38,861 bases of DNA from NCBI GenBank assembly GCA_034659055.1, contig JAYEGH010000151.1, positions 1-38,861 of the forward strand, written 5' to 3'. The DNA is from Candidatus Caldatribacteriota bacterium. Its GTDB lineage: Bacteria; Atribacterota; Phoenicimicrobiia; Phoenicimicrobiales; Phoenicimicrobiaceae. The notes beneath the pieces are model-generated. The model ran no database searches and was not told the origin of the DNA. It saw only the letters and a list, made by a program, of their open reading frames with translations. Made by a program: the position numbers and the translations under genes. Shown piece after piece: positions 16,296 to 25,601 of the stretch; the first letter of the stretch is position 1, and each line of letters opens with the position of its first letter.

Positions 16296-17792
16296 ATGAA
16301 AAAAAATAACATTTATTACCGAAGTACCAGAGGAAGCAAAGAGAAAATATTATCTTCCGAAGCTATTGTACGTGGGATAGCAAGTGACGGAGGGCTTTTT
16401 GTTCCCCAAACCATACCGAAGATAAAAGAAAACCTAATTAACCTGAAAGGCCTTGATTATAAAGAATTAGCTTATCGAATAATGAAAGAATTTTTTACTG
16501 ATTATTCGGAAGATGAGTTAAAGGATTGCATTAATAAAGCCTATGATAAAAAATTTGATACCAAAGTAATTGCTCCGATTAATAAAAAATTAGGAGTATA
16601 TTTTTTAGAACTTTACCACGGGCCTACTTTAGCCTTTAAAGATATGGCCTTATCCCTACTTCCTCACCTCTTGCAAAAAGCAGTTCAAAAGTTAAATATT
16701 AATAAAGAAATAGTTATTTTAACTGCGACCTCGGGTGATACCGGGAAAGCAGCCCTGGAAGGGTTTGCTGATATTCCGGGGACCAAAATTATTGTATTTT
16801 TTCCTCAAGAAGGGGTTAGTGAAATACAAAAAAAACAGATGTTAACTCAAAAAGGAGAAAATACTTACGTGGTAGGTATAAAGGGGAATTTTGATGATGC
16901 TCAAAAAGAAGTAAAAGCGATATTTGAAGATTTTGCATTTAATGAGAAATTAAGAGAAAAAAATTATATCTTTTCTTCTGCAAATTCTATAAATATAGGG
17001 CGTTTGATTCCCCAAATCGTATATTATTTTTATGCTTATTTAAATATGTTAAACGAAAAAGAAATTGAAAAAGGCGAGAAAATTAATATAGTAGTCCCTA
17101 CAGGTAATTTCGGAAATATATTAGCAGCTTATTATGTCGGAGAGATGGGTTTGCCGGTGAACAAACTTATCTGCGCCTCCAACGAGAATAAAGTGCTTAC
17201 CGATTTTTTTAAGGATGGGGTATATGACCGGAGAAGGGAATTAATGATGACCATTTCTCCCTCAATGGATATTTTAGTATCAAGCAATTTGGAAAGATTA
17301 TTATTTACCATAAATCAAGGGAAAACAGCAAAGGTAAAAAAGATGATAAATCTATTGCAAGAAAAAGGATTTTATCGAATAACCTCAGCTATGAAAAAAA
17401 GATTAAGCGATTTTTATGGAGAGTATGCTCTTCAGAGGGAAGCTTGTCAAAGCATAAGAGAAATTTTTGATAAGACAAGATATTTAATAGACCCGCATAC
17501 TGCCGTAGGTTATGCTGTTTATAAGAAATATTCTGAAAAAACTAAAGATAACACTAAAACGATTATTGTTTCCACTGCCAGTCCTTTTAAATTTACCAAA
17601 AGTGTGATGGGGGCACTGGATGAAAAATATAGAGAATTTGATGATTTTGAATTAATAGAAAAGATGGCTAATTTATGTCTGTTGCCCGTTCCCGAAGGGG
17701 TAAGAGGTATCAAAGGAAGGCCAATTTTACATAAAAGGATTTGCAATAAAGAGAAAATAAGGGAAGAGATAGCCGAAATATTAAATTTATAA
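16296..17792 (+). CDS. thrC: Threonine synthase
   Basis: N-terminal YRSTRG and the PLP-lysine motif HGPTLAFKDMAL. Length is 498 aa. Confidence 0.92.
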   Translation: MKKNNIYYRSTRGSKEKILSSEAIVRGIASDGGLFVPQTIPKIKENLINLKGLDYKELAYRIMKEFFTDYSEDELKDCINKAYDKKFDTKVIAPINKKLGVYFLELYHGPTLAFKDMALSLLPHLLQKAVQKLNINKEIVILTATSGDTGKAALEGFADIPGTKIIVFFPQEGVSEIQKKQMLTQKGENTYVVGIKGNFDDAQKEVKAIFEDFAFNEKLREKNYIFSSANSINIGRLIPQIVYYFYAYLNMLNEKEIEKGEKINIVVPTGNFGNILAAYYVGEMGLPVNKLICASNENKVLTDFFKDGVYDRRRELMMTISPSMDILVSSNLERLLFTINQGKTAKVKKMINLLQEKGFYRITSAMKKRLSDFYGEYALQREACQSIREIFDKTRYLIDPHTAVGYAVYKKYSEKTKDNTKTIIVSTASPFKFTKSVMGALDEKYREFDDFELIEKMANLCLLPVPEGVRGIKGRPILHKRICNKEKIREEIAEILNL

Positions 17793-17925
17793 GTAAGAAA
17801 TTTATAAAAATGTAAAATAAATAAAAAAATAAAATGATACAAATCTTTTAATTTAAATCTGATCTGAATTTAAATATTTTTTGTTGAAACAATAATTATT
17901 TTTTTAAAATGAAAGGAAGACCAAT

Positions 17926-19584
17926 ATGAAAATATCTTTTTTAGGAGCTGCTAAATTAGTTACGGGTTCAAATTATTTAATCGAGACTGAAAATTGTAAA
18001 TTTGTAATGGAATGCGGCATGTTTCAAGGAAGTAAAACTATTAGTAGATTAAATTATCAACCCTTTGCATATAACCCCGGGGATATAGATTTTATGCTTC
18101 TTTCCCATGCCCATATAGACCATAGCGGAAGGATTCCCAAACTAGTAAAAGATGGATTTAAAGGAAAAATATATTGCACAAAGGCTACAGCAGATCTCTG
18201 TTCAATTATGCTTCCGGACAGCGGGCATATCCAGGAGATGGAGACAAAGTGGGATAACAGGAAGAGAAAAAGATCGGGTGGAAAACTGAGAAAACCGCTT
18301 TATACCGTGGAAGAAGCAAAAAGAAGTCTGGAGCTTTTTAACCCCGTTTTATACAATCAAATTATAAAAATAAATGATGAAATAACGGTAAGATTTAAAG
18401 ATGCCGGGCATATATTAGGCTCTGCAGTGATTGAGTTATGGGTAAACGAAGGCGGTAAAGAGATTAAATTGGTCTTTTCGGGAGATTTAGGGAGAAGGAA
18501 TAGACCTATTTTGAGAGATTTATCTCTTATCGGAGAAGCTGATTATGTAATTGTAGAATCAACTTATGGAAATAAAAAACACCATCCTTCGGAAGATGAT
18601 GCAAGAAAGCTGATTTCAATTATTAACAGTACTGTAAAAAGGGGAGGAAATGTGGTAATTCCTTCTTTTGCGGTGGAAAGAGCTCAGGATATAATCTATG
18701 AATTAAATAAATACTATGATGAATTTGTTAAAACTGAGGATAATGATTTTTTAAATGTACCGGTTTATATTGACAGTCCTTTAACTGTTTCGGCAACAGA
18801 AATATTTAGAAGGAATCCGGATTGTTTTGATGAAAAGACTTTAGAATTTATAAGAAAAGGAGACAATCCCTTGGATTTTCATAACTTAATATTTACCCGC
18901 AATGTAGGGGAATCCAAACAGATAAATATTTCCCGGGGAAGCAAAGTGATAATTTCGGCTAGCGGAATGTGTACTGCGGGAAGGATCAAACATCATCTAA
19001 AACATAATCTTTGGAGGAGTGAATCCAGCATTGTATTTGTCGGTTATCAGGCAAACGGCACTCTGGGGAGAAGGTTAAAGGAAGGAGAAAAATCAGTTAA
19101 ATTATTTGGAGAAGAAATCCAGGTAAATGCAAAAATATGTTCTTTGGATGGCTTTTCAGGACATGCGGACAAAGAGGGGATAATGTGGTGGCTGAAAGGT
19201 TTTAATAAGAAACCAAAAAAAATATTTATAGTCCACGGAGAAGAAGAAGCAACAAGAGAGATGTCTAAAAAGATAGAAGAGGAATTAAATATCGAGACTT
19301 ATGTTCCGGAATTAGGAGAGACTTTAATGGTTGAAGGTGAAGTAATTATTTCAGGAGAAAAAATTTCTTTGGAAGAAAGAAGTAAACAATATAACGAGAT
19401 AGAAGAAAGTTTAGAGAAATTAAAATCCTCGCTCTATCCCGCATTGCAGAAACTTGAACAGAAAAGTGAAAATGGCAAAGAAAATGGAGATTTAGTTAAA
19501 ATTAAAAATAAATTAATTCAATTGCAAAAAGAATCTGCCGACTTGAACATGTTATTAACTGATAAATTAAAAGAGAATGGATAA
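17926..19584 (+). CDS. Metallo-beta-lactamase / beta-CASP family RNA-processing nuclease
   Basis: HAHIDHSG (HxHxDH) and GFSGHAD near the RMMBL region. The C-terminus carries a charged extension of about 90 aa that looks like a coiled coil. Confidence 0.82.
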   Translation: MKISFLGAAKLVTGSNYLIETENCKFVMECGMFQGSKTISRLNYQPFAYNPGDIDFMLLSHAHIDHSGRIPKLVKDGFKGKIYCTKATADLCSIMLPDSGHIQEMETKWDNRKRKRSGGKLRKPLYTVEEAKRSLELFNPVLYNQIIKINDEITVRFKDAGHILGSAVIELWVNEGGKEIKLVFSGDLGRRNRPILRDLSLIGEADYVIVESTYGNKKHHPSEDDARKLISIINSTVKRGGNVVIPSFAVERAQDIIYELNKYYDEFVKTEDNDFLNVPVYIDSPLTVSATEIFRRNPDCFDEKTLEFIRKGDNPLDFHNLIFTRNVGESKQINISRGSKVIISASGMCTAGRIKHHLKHNLWRSESSIVFVGYQANGTLGRRLKEGEKSVKLFGEEIQVNAKICSLDGFSGHADKEGIMWWLKGFNKKPKKIFIVHGEEEATREMSKKIEEELNIETYVPELGETLMVEGEVIISGEKISLEERSKQYNEIEESLEKLKSSLYPALQKLEQKSENGKENGDLVKIKNKLIQLQKESADLNMLLTDKLKENG

Positions 19585-19744
19585 GATTAGTTAGCAAACA
19601 AGTCATAGAGGTAAGACTCTGTGCTTGCCCTTATTTGGTAAAGATGTGTAATAGGTAATCAAGAAAAGATGCAGGTTAACAGGTCTATAGTAAAGAAAAA
19701 ATCAAAAAGATACAATATTTTTTCGTTAGCCAATTAAAAAAATT

Positions 19745-19781
19745 AAAAGCGAGCTCGAAGAAATTCTTCGAGCTCGCTTTT
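19745..19781. terminator. Bidirectional intrinsic terminator between the beta-CASP gene (+) and hsp20 (-)
   Basis: AAAAGCGAGCTCGAAGAA-a-TTCTTCGAGCTCGCTTTT is a GC-containing perfect stem flanked by an A-run and a T-run. Confidence 0.85.
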
Positions 19782-19792
19782 AATTAAATATA

Positions 19793-19805
19793 TCAAGGGA
19801 GCGAA
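19793..19805. repeat. Left arm of the 13-bp inverted repeat flanking hsp20
   Basis: TCAAGGGAGCGAA lies 16 nt beyond the hsp20 stop. Its exact reverse complement is at 20301-20313. Confidence 0.85.
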
Positions 19806-19820
19806 TTTTACAAACAGTAT

Positions 19821-20273
19821 TTACGCTAGTTTTATTTCTATCTCCTTGGGTTTACTTTCCTTTGCTTTAGGAAGGACGATTTCCAGTACACCGTTTTTAA
19901 AGGAAGATGTTATTTTTTCTCTATCGATATCTACCGGTAGTGCAATGGTACGGGAATAGCTTCCTTGTACCCTTTCACAACAGTAAAAATTTTCTTTTTT
20001 GGTTTCTTGTTCTTCTTTTCTTTCTCCTCGAATCGTCAAAATATTATCACTAAAAGTGATCTTTATATCTTCCTTGTTGACTCCTGGAAGCTCAGCCTTT
20101 GCAACTATTTTATCTTTTTTGTCAATTATGTCCACAGGCGGAGACCATTCTCCTCCTTCCAGCCATCTTTTTCTTAAAACTCGACTTTGGGGCATAAACC
20201 CAAAGTCAAAGAGATCATCAAAAATATCTCTTGCATTTTTTACTTCTCTAGGTTCCCGTTGTATTAAAGCCAT
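19821..20273 (-). CDS. Small heat shock protein (Hsp20/alpha-crystallin family)
   Basis: AELPGVNKEDI and GVLEIVLPK motifs. The start is set at the ATG at 20273 (MALIQ...) because GGAGGTG lies 7 nt upstream. Confidence 0.92.
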   Translation of the reverse strand: MALIQREPREVKNARDIFDDLFDFGFMPQSRVLRKRWLEGGEWSPPVDIIDKKDKIVAKAELPGVNKEDIKITFSDNILTIRGERKEEQETKKENFYCCERVQGSYSRTIALPVDIDREKITSSFKNGVLEIVLPKAKESKPKEIEIKLA

Positions 20274-20300
20274 GATAATCACCTCCAATAATTATTAATT

Positions 20301-20313
20301 TTCGCTCCCTTGA
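20301..20313. repeat. Right arm of the 13-bp inverted repeat flanking hsp20
   Basis: TTCGCTCCCTTGA lies 16 nt after the trx stop and 27 nt before the hsp20 ATG. Confidence 0.85.
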
Positions 20314-20329
20314 CCTGGATAAATTATTA

Positions 20330-20659
20330 TTAAAGAATCGCATCAACCTTTTTCTGGATAATTGGTTTAGGTGTGACGCCTACGATACGGTCGACTTCTT
20401 GTCCATCTTTAAAAAATAACAGAGTAGGTATCCCCTGGATGCCATATTGGGCTGCAATATTTTGGTTCTCATCAGTATTTAACTTACAAACTTTCAGTTT
20501 ACCCTGATTATCATTTCCTAATTCTTCGACAATAGGTGTGATCATTCGGCAAGGCATACACCAGGGTGCCCAAAGATCTACTATAACCGGTATCGAAGAT
20601 TCCAAAACTTCTTCCTTAAAATTATTACTATTTACCTCTATGCTTTTTACGTCTTCCAT
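20330..20659 (-). CDS. trxA: Thioredoxin with atypical WCMPC active site
   Basis: A 109-aa ORF with a thioredoxin-fold sequence, VDLWAPWCMPCRM. The canonical motif is WCGPC. Confidence 0.88.
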   Translation of the reverse strand: MEDVKSIEVNSNNFKEEVLESSIPVIVDLWAPWCMPCRMITPIVEELGNDNQGKLKVCKLNTDENQNIAAQYGIQGIPTLLFFKDGQEVDRIVGVTPKPIIQKKVDAIL

Positions 20660-20690
20660 TTACTTTTCTCCTTTTCTATTTTTTGGTTTT

Positions 20691-21104
20691 TTACTCAAAA
20701 ATATTGCTAACTAAATCTAATGCCTTTTTTATCATTTCAACTTGGTCTTTAGAGAATTTTTTTCTTATTCTTGCTTCACAACCACTCCTTTCTTGCTCGA
20801 TGCGTTTTCTGATTTTTAATCCGTTAGAAGAAAGAGATATTACAAATGATCTTCTATCTTCCGGGTTAGTTGTTCTTAAAAAATAACCTCTTCTAACTAA
20901 ACTATCAATTATTCGGCTTCCACGGGATGGAGATAACCCCATCTTTTGGGATAAAGTATTACAAGTAACCCTTTTTTCAATATCAATTTGGGTGATGCCT
21001 TTATATTCCGCCAGGGAAATATTACAAACAGTACGGATGTGTTCCTCATCTTCCGTACATCCCCTTTTTAGTTCAATTATTAGATCTAACAGACTTTTTT
21101 CCAT
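20691..21104 (-). CDS. MarR-family transcriptional regulator
   Basis: Winged-HTH region LSQKMGLSPSRGSRIIDSLVRRGY. The start is moved to the ATG at 21104 because a TTGACA-17-TATACT promoter lies inside the longer ORF. Confidence 0.8.
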   Translation of the reverse strand: MEKSLLDLIIELKRGCTEDEEHIRTVCNISLAEYKGITQIDIEKRVTCNTLSQKMGLSPSRGSRIIDSLVRRGYFLRTTNPEDRRSFVISLSSNGLKIRKRIEQERSGCEARIRKKFSKDQVEMIKKALDLVSNIFE

Positions 21105-21148
21105 TATGCTACCGCATTTATTGTTATTAGCATTAATTGCTATTAGCA

Positions 21149-21177
21149 AGTATATAAAATAAAAAATCATTTGTCAA
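21149..21177 (-). promoter_or_regulatory. Sigma70-type promoter of the marR-trx-hsp20 unit
   Basis: On the - strand: TTGACA (21172-21177), a 17-nt spacer, then TATACT (21149-21154). Confidence 0.65.
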
Positions 21178-21259
21178 GTAATTTTTTAAAATTTTTTTAA
21201 AAAAATTATACTGAAGAAAAAAACGATGAATTATAAGGAATCATAAGGAAGGATATAGA

Positions 21260-22360
21260 TTATTTATTCTCCCAGGAAGCTATTTCTTTTAGGCGCTCTA
21301 TTATATTAAGATGCTGGGTGCATACCTCTTCGCATTGTCCGCACTCGGTACATTCATTTGCTTTTGCACCCTGGTTTTTTGTTAGTCCCCATAGATAACT
21401 TTTATTTTTCATCTCTTTATTGCTACTGCCAAATATCTGTTTTTCGTTATAAAGTTGCATATAAGAAGGCACTGGGATACCCTGAGGGCAATGGTCACAA
21501 TAATCGCAACCGGTACATGCCGAATTCATGTTATCTCCTATTTCTTTTCTAATTCTTTTTAAATCTGCATCAGTAAAAGGCAGAGCTTTATCGGCAACAC
21601 GGCAGGCCATATCAATATGTTCCCGGATGGTGAAGCCATTTAAAACTACTGATATTTGGGGACAGGATATTAGAAATCGTAAAGCTGCTTCTGTGGGAGT
21701 TTCTCCCTCTGAAGCCAAAAAGGAAAGTTCCTTTTCGTGTGTAGGTATAGCTCCCCCAAACAATGGATTCATGGCAGCTACACCATAACCTTTTTGGTAA
21801 GCAGCTGCAACTCCGTCCCAGCGATAAGGGAAATTAAGGATATTAATTCCTAAAAGTACGCCTTCCACTCTACCATCTTCCAGGATATCTTTGATTTCAT
21901 GTCCCGGCTGATGTGATGAAAAAACTATATGGCCAATAAGCCCTTCTTCTTTACATTGTAGGAGACCTTCGTATTGTCCGCCCGGTTTCATGGCTAATTT
22001 GTAATCTTCCATTTTAAGAAGGCACCAGATATGATAAAAATTGATTTTAGAAATCCCCAGCCGGTCTAAGGATTTTTTAACTGCATTTTTTGCCTTTTCA
22101 GCGGTAGAAAATTCATTAGGGTTTCCTTTGGTAGATACATAAAAATTTGCAGGCATATTTTTAAAGGCAATACCAAAAATGTCTTCACTCTGGTCATTAC
22201 AGTAATAAGGAGCTGTATCAAAATAATTGATGCCCTTGGCATTTGCATAACGGAGAAGTTCAGCATTTTCTTCTTTGCTCTTGGAAGTATCAAACCGCAT
22301 TCCACCGAAACCTACTGCAGAAACTTTTTCCCCGGTTTTTCCATATTCTTTGTAAATCAT
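21260..22360 (-). CDS. Aldo/keto reductase with C-terminal 4Fe-4S cluster-binding region
   Basis: AKR N-terminus (GFGGMRF, INYFDTAPYY) plus Cys clusters CTGCDYCDHCP and CTECGQCEEVC. Confidence 0.85.
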   Translation of the reverse strand: MIYKEYGKTGEKVSAVGFGGMRFDTSKSKEENAELLRYANAKGINYFDTAPYYCNDQSEDIFGIAFKNMPANFYVSTKGNPNEFSTAEKAKNAVKKSLDRLGISKINFYHIWCLLKMEDYKLAMKPGGQYEGLLQCKEEGLIGHIVFSSHQPGHEIKDILEDGRVEGVLLGINILNFPYRWDGVAAAYQKGYGVAAMNPLFGGAIPTHEKELSFLASEGETPTEAALRFLISCPQISVVLNGFTIREHIDMACRVADKALPFTDADLKRIRKEIGDNMNSACTGCDYCDHCPQGIPVPSYMQLYNEKQIFGSSNKEMKNKSYLWGLTKNQGAKANECTECGQCEEVCTQHLNIIERLKEIASWENK

Positions 22361-22662
22361 ATTATTATTTTTCCTTCTTTATTATCTAGAAAAATTTTAA
22401 CACTTTTTAGGGGCAATTTAAAATAATATTTTTATGCAAAAAATTATTTTACCATAGGTTAAACAATATTTACTATTACTCATTACTGATTTTTATATGC
22501 TTCATGCTAAAAAACGAGATATGATTCGCGGCATATAAGATACGAATTGAAATATTGAATAAATTTGAAAATATTCTTAAAAGCATTTATTCTAATAAAA
22601 GGAAAAACGTTACTTGATAATTTGCGAAAAATCATCTCGAAAAATATTTTTATTTCACAAGG

Positions 22663-22671
22663 TGATATAAT
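22663..22671 (+). promoter_or_regulatory. Extended -10 element upstream of rlmD
   Basis: TGATATAAT (TGnTATAAT) lies about 28 nt upstream of the rlmD ATG. Confidence 0.45.
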
Positions 22672-22698
22672 ATATAAATAATATTTACAGGAGAAAAA

Positions 22699-24078
22699 AT
22701 GAAAAAAATACCGATAAAAATCGAGGAAAGTTATGAAGTCATGATTAACAATTTTTCTCATCAGGGAGAAGGAATAGGCAGGGTGGAGAATTTTGCTATT
22801 TTTATACCTGGTTCAATACCAAAAGAAAAAGTAAAGGTAAAAATCAAAGAGATTAAAAATAATTTTGCCCGGGGTGAGTTAGAAGAAGTGATTCATCCTT
22901 CTTCTCATCGAGTGGAACCCCCATGTCCGGTTTTTAGTCTTTGTGGAGGTTGCCGCTTACAGCACATAAATTATAAAAAACAGTTGAAAATGAAAAAAGA
23001 AATTGTAGAAAATGCTTTAAGCAGGATAGGGAATCAAAATATAGAAGTTTTGCCAACTATAGATATGAAAATCCCCTGGCGTTATCGAAATAAAGGGCAT
23101 TTTCATCTTAGCAGGGAAGACGGAAAAGTAAAATTAGGATTTTACCAATCAAAAAGCCATACACTTATTTCAGTTTCCCAGTGCCTTTTATTTAGTGACA
23201 AGATTAATGAGCTGGTTAAATACTTAGAAAAAATATTAACTCTTCAGAAAGTCATCATTTACAACTATAAAACAGATAGAGGAAATTTAAGAGGGATCAT
23301 ATTAAGGGAAAGCACACATACCGGCGAAATAATGATTATTTTTGTTACCAGGGAAGAAAAATTAGGAGTGGATAAAATATTTTTAGATAACTTGACAAAA
23401 GCTTTTCCTAAAACTGTTTCTATTTATCAAAATATAAATAAAAATACAAAAATGGTAATATTGGGAAAGAATTTTAAACTTCTAAAAGGCAAAAAAAACA
23501 TTGAAGACCGCATTGGTCCCTATAAATTCAAGATATCTCCTGCATCTTTTTTCCAGGTGAATATTTCTCAAACTGAAGCACTGTATAAAAAAATATTAGA
23601 GTATTCAAGTCTAAGAGGGGAAGAGACCGTAATTGATTCCTATTGCGGAACAGGGGCTATTTCGATATATCTTGCCGGAAAAGCTAAAAAGGTATATGGA
23701 TTGGAATTAGAAAAAGGAGCAGTCAAGGATGCCTGGACCAATCTGGAACTTAATAATCTCTCCAATCTAAAATTTTTTACCGGTAAAGCAGAGAAATGGC
23801 TTTATAAATGGATTCAAAGCGGAGAAAAAGCAGAGATTATAATTATCGATCCGCCGCGCAGGGGCTGTTCCCGGGAAGTTCTTAAAAACGTAATTAAAAT
23901 AAAGCCGGGACAAATCTTATATATTTCCTGTAACCCGGCAACCCTGGCACGTGATGTAAAATATCTTACCCAAAACGGGTATGGCTTGGAAAAAGTTCAA
24001 CCTTTCGATATGTTTCCCCAGACAAGTCATATTGAATGTCTGGCTCATTTGAAAGAAATAGAAAACTGGAAAAGTTAG
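22699..24078 (+). CDS. rlmD: 23S rRNA (uracil-C5)-methyltransferase, RumA/RlmD family (TRAM + Fe-S + SAM MTase)
   Basis: Fe-S cysteines CPVFSLCGGCRLQH, SAM motif DSYCGTG, DPPRRG, and the catalytic motif ISCNP. Confidence 0.88.
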   Translation: MKKIPIKIEESYEVMINNFSHQGEGIGRVENFAIFIPGSIPKEKVKVKIKEIKNNFARGELEEVIHPSSHRVEPPCPVFSLCGGCRLQHINYKKQLKMKKEIVENALSRIGNQNIEVLPTIDMKIPWRYRNKGHFHLSREDGKVKLGFYQSKSHTLISVSQCLLFSDKINELVKYLEKILTLQKVIIYNYKTDRGNLRGIILRESTHTGEIMIIFVTREEKLGVDKIFLDNLTKAFPKTVSIYQNINKNTKMVILGKNFKLLKGKKNIEDRIGPYKFKISPASFFQVNISQTEALYKKILEYSSLRGEETVIDSYCGTGAISIYLAGKAKKVYGLELEKGAVKDAWTNLELNNLSNLKFFTGKAEKWLYKWIQSGEKAEIIIIDPPRRGCSREVLKNVIKIKPGQILYISCNPATLARDVKYLTQNGYGLEKVQPFDMFPQTSHIECLAHLKEIENWKS

Positions 24079-24245
24079 AATAGAGACGGATAAATAGATT
24101 GTATTATGGTATCACGGTTTTGATATGGCGCACAAGAAAATTATAAATATATTTACAATTTGAAAGGTTAAAACTTATTATAAATTAATTTACTACATAG
24201 CATAACAATGTAGATCAATTGGAATTTTAAAATTAAGGATTTGAG

Positions 24246-25565
24246 ATGACAAAAGAAAAAAAAGATGATGGGCTAAATTTAAAAATAGAATCAAAAGATA
24301 TAGACCCCGGAGCTTTGTTTATAATTAAAAAATTGAATGATTTTGGATTTGAAGCTTTTACAGTTGGGGGCTGTATTAGGAATTTGGTGATGGAGAAAAA
24401 GGTTAATGATTGGGATATTGTTACTCAGGCAGCTCCCAGGGAAATTGCTGAAATCTTTTCTAATTTTAAGGTAGTGCCGATAGGAGAAAAATATGGGACT
24501 ATCATGGTAGTAATTGATCCGATTAACTATCAGATATCTACTTATAAATCAAAATCCGGAACCCTTCCCGGCTTGCAGAATGATTTAAGGTGCAGGGACT
24601 TTACTGTTAATGGTTTGGCATGGAATGAAAAAAAAGGCATTATTGATTGCTCAAATGGGCTAGAAGATATTAAACAAAAGATAATCAGATTTACAGGAGA
24701 TGCTCAAGACAGAATAAAAGAAGACCCTCTGAGAATGCTAAGAGCGGTAAGGCTGGCCTGTGAATTTGATTTTACAATCGAAGAAGCTACCATAAAAGCT
24801 ATTAATAATAATTGTGAAATGCTTCGGAAGATTAGCCGGGAGAGAATTAGAGATGAATTTGTAAAAATATTACTTAGCAATTATCCCAGAAGAGGAATTA
24901 AATTATTATATCGGTTGGAGTTATTAGGATTTGTCATGCCTGAACTGCAAGGATGTGTAGGAATCAAAAAAGAACATCTTCAAAATAACGAAGATTTATT
25001 TGAATACACCCTAAATTTATTGGAAAATTTACCTTCAAATATTATCTTACGCTTATGCATGATATTATATTTTATAAAAAGTATATCCAAATTAGAAGAT
25101 AGAGAAGAAATAACAACTAAAATATTAAAACGAATAAGATTTAAAAATACAATAATAAAAAAAGTGAATATAATGACTCAGGAAAATTGGGAAACTATTC
25201 ATTTTTCCGAAAAAGGGAAGATTAGGCAACTTGCTTCCAGAATAGGAATGGAAAGTTTAGAAGATTTTTGGGAATTAAAAAAAGCCTTTATTAAGGAAAG
25301 CCAGAGTCTTGAAAAAACTAAATCAATTAAAATTGAAATAGCAGAAAATAATATAAGAGAAATTCTACAGGAGAGACCACCTGTGTCCTTAAAAGATTTA
25401 GCCGTAAATGGTAAGGATTTAATTAGATTAGGATATAAAGAAGGAGAAGAAGTAGGACAGATGCTAAAAAAAATATTAAAATTGGTAGTGGAGAAACCGG
25501 CTTTAAACCAAAAAAGGATATTGTTAAATCAGGTAAATAGAAAAAATATTCCTTTTGACCATTAG
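24246..25565 (+). CDS. cca: CCA-adding enzyme / tRNA nucleotidyltransferase (poly(A) polymerase family)
   Basis: GGCIRN...DWD and RCRDFTVNG motifs typical of class II nucleotidyltransferases. Confidence 0.82.
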   Translation: MTKEKKDDGLNLKIESKDIDPGALFIIKKLNDFGFEAFTVGGCIRNLVMEKKVNDWDIVTQAAPREIAEIFSNFKVVPIGEKYGTIMVVIDPINYQISTYKSKSGTLPGLQNDLRCRDFTVNGLAWNEKKGIIDCSNGLEDIKQKIIRFTGDAQDRIKEDPLRMLRAVRLACEFDFTIEEATIKAINNNCEMLRKISRERIRDEFVKILLSNYPRRGIKLLYRLELLGFVMPELQGCVGIKKEHLQNNEDLFEYTLNLLENLPSNIILRLCMILYFIKSISKLEDREEITTKILKRIRFKNTIIKKVNIMTQENWETIHFSEKGKIRQLASRIGMESLEDFWELKKAFIKESQSLEKTKSIKIEIAENNIREILQERPPVSLKDLAVNGKDLIRLGYKEGEEVGQMLKKILKLVVEKPALNQKRILLNQVNRKNIPFDH

Positions 25566-25601
25566 GCAGGATAGGCATTTTAATATAAGGAGCCAAACAA
25601 G

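Noticed and set aside
22507-22761. An 84-aa - strand ORF in the AKR/rlmD divergent spacer. Similar cases are the small ORFs at 6829-7014, 7720-7935, 12822-13040, 31240-31422, 35626-35814 and 36369-36590.
   Set aside because: They overlap promoters, leaders or the starts of real genes. They are AT-driven open frames without ribosome-binding sites or recognisable motifs.
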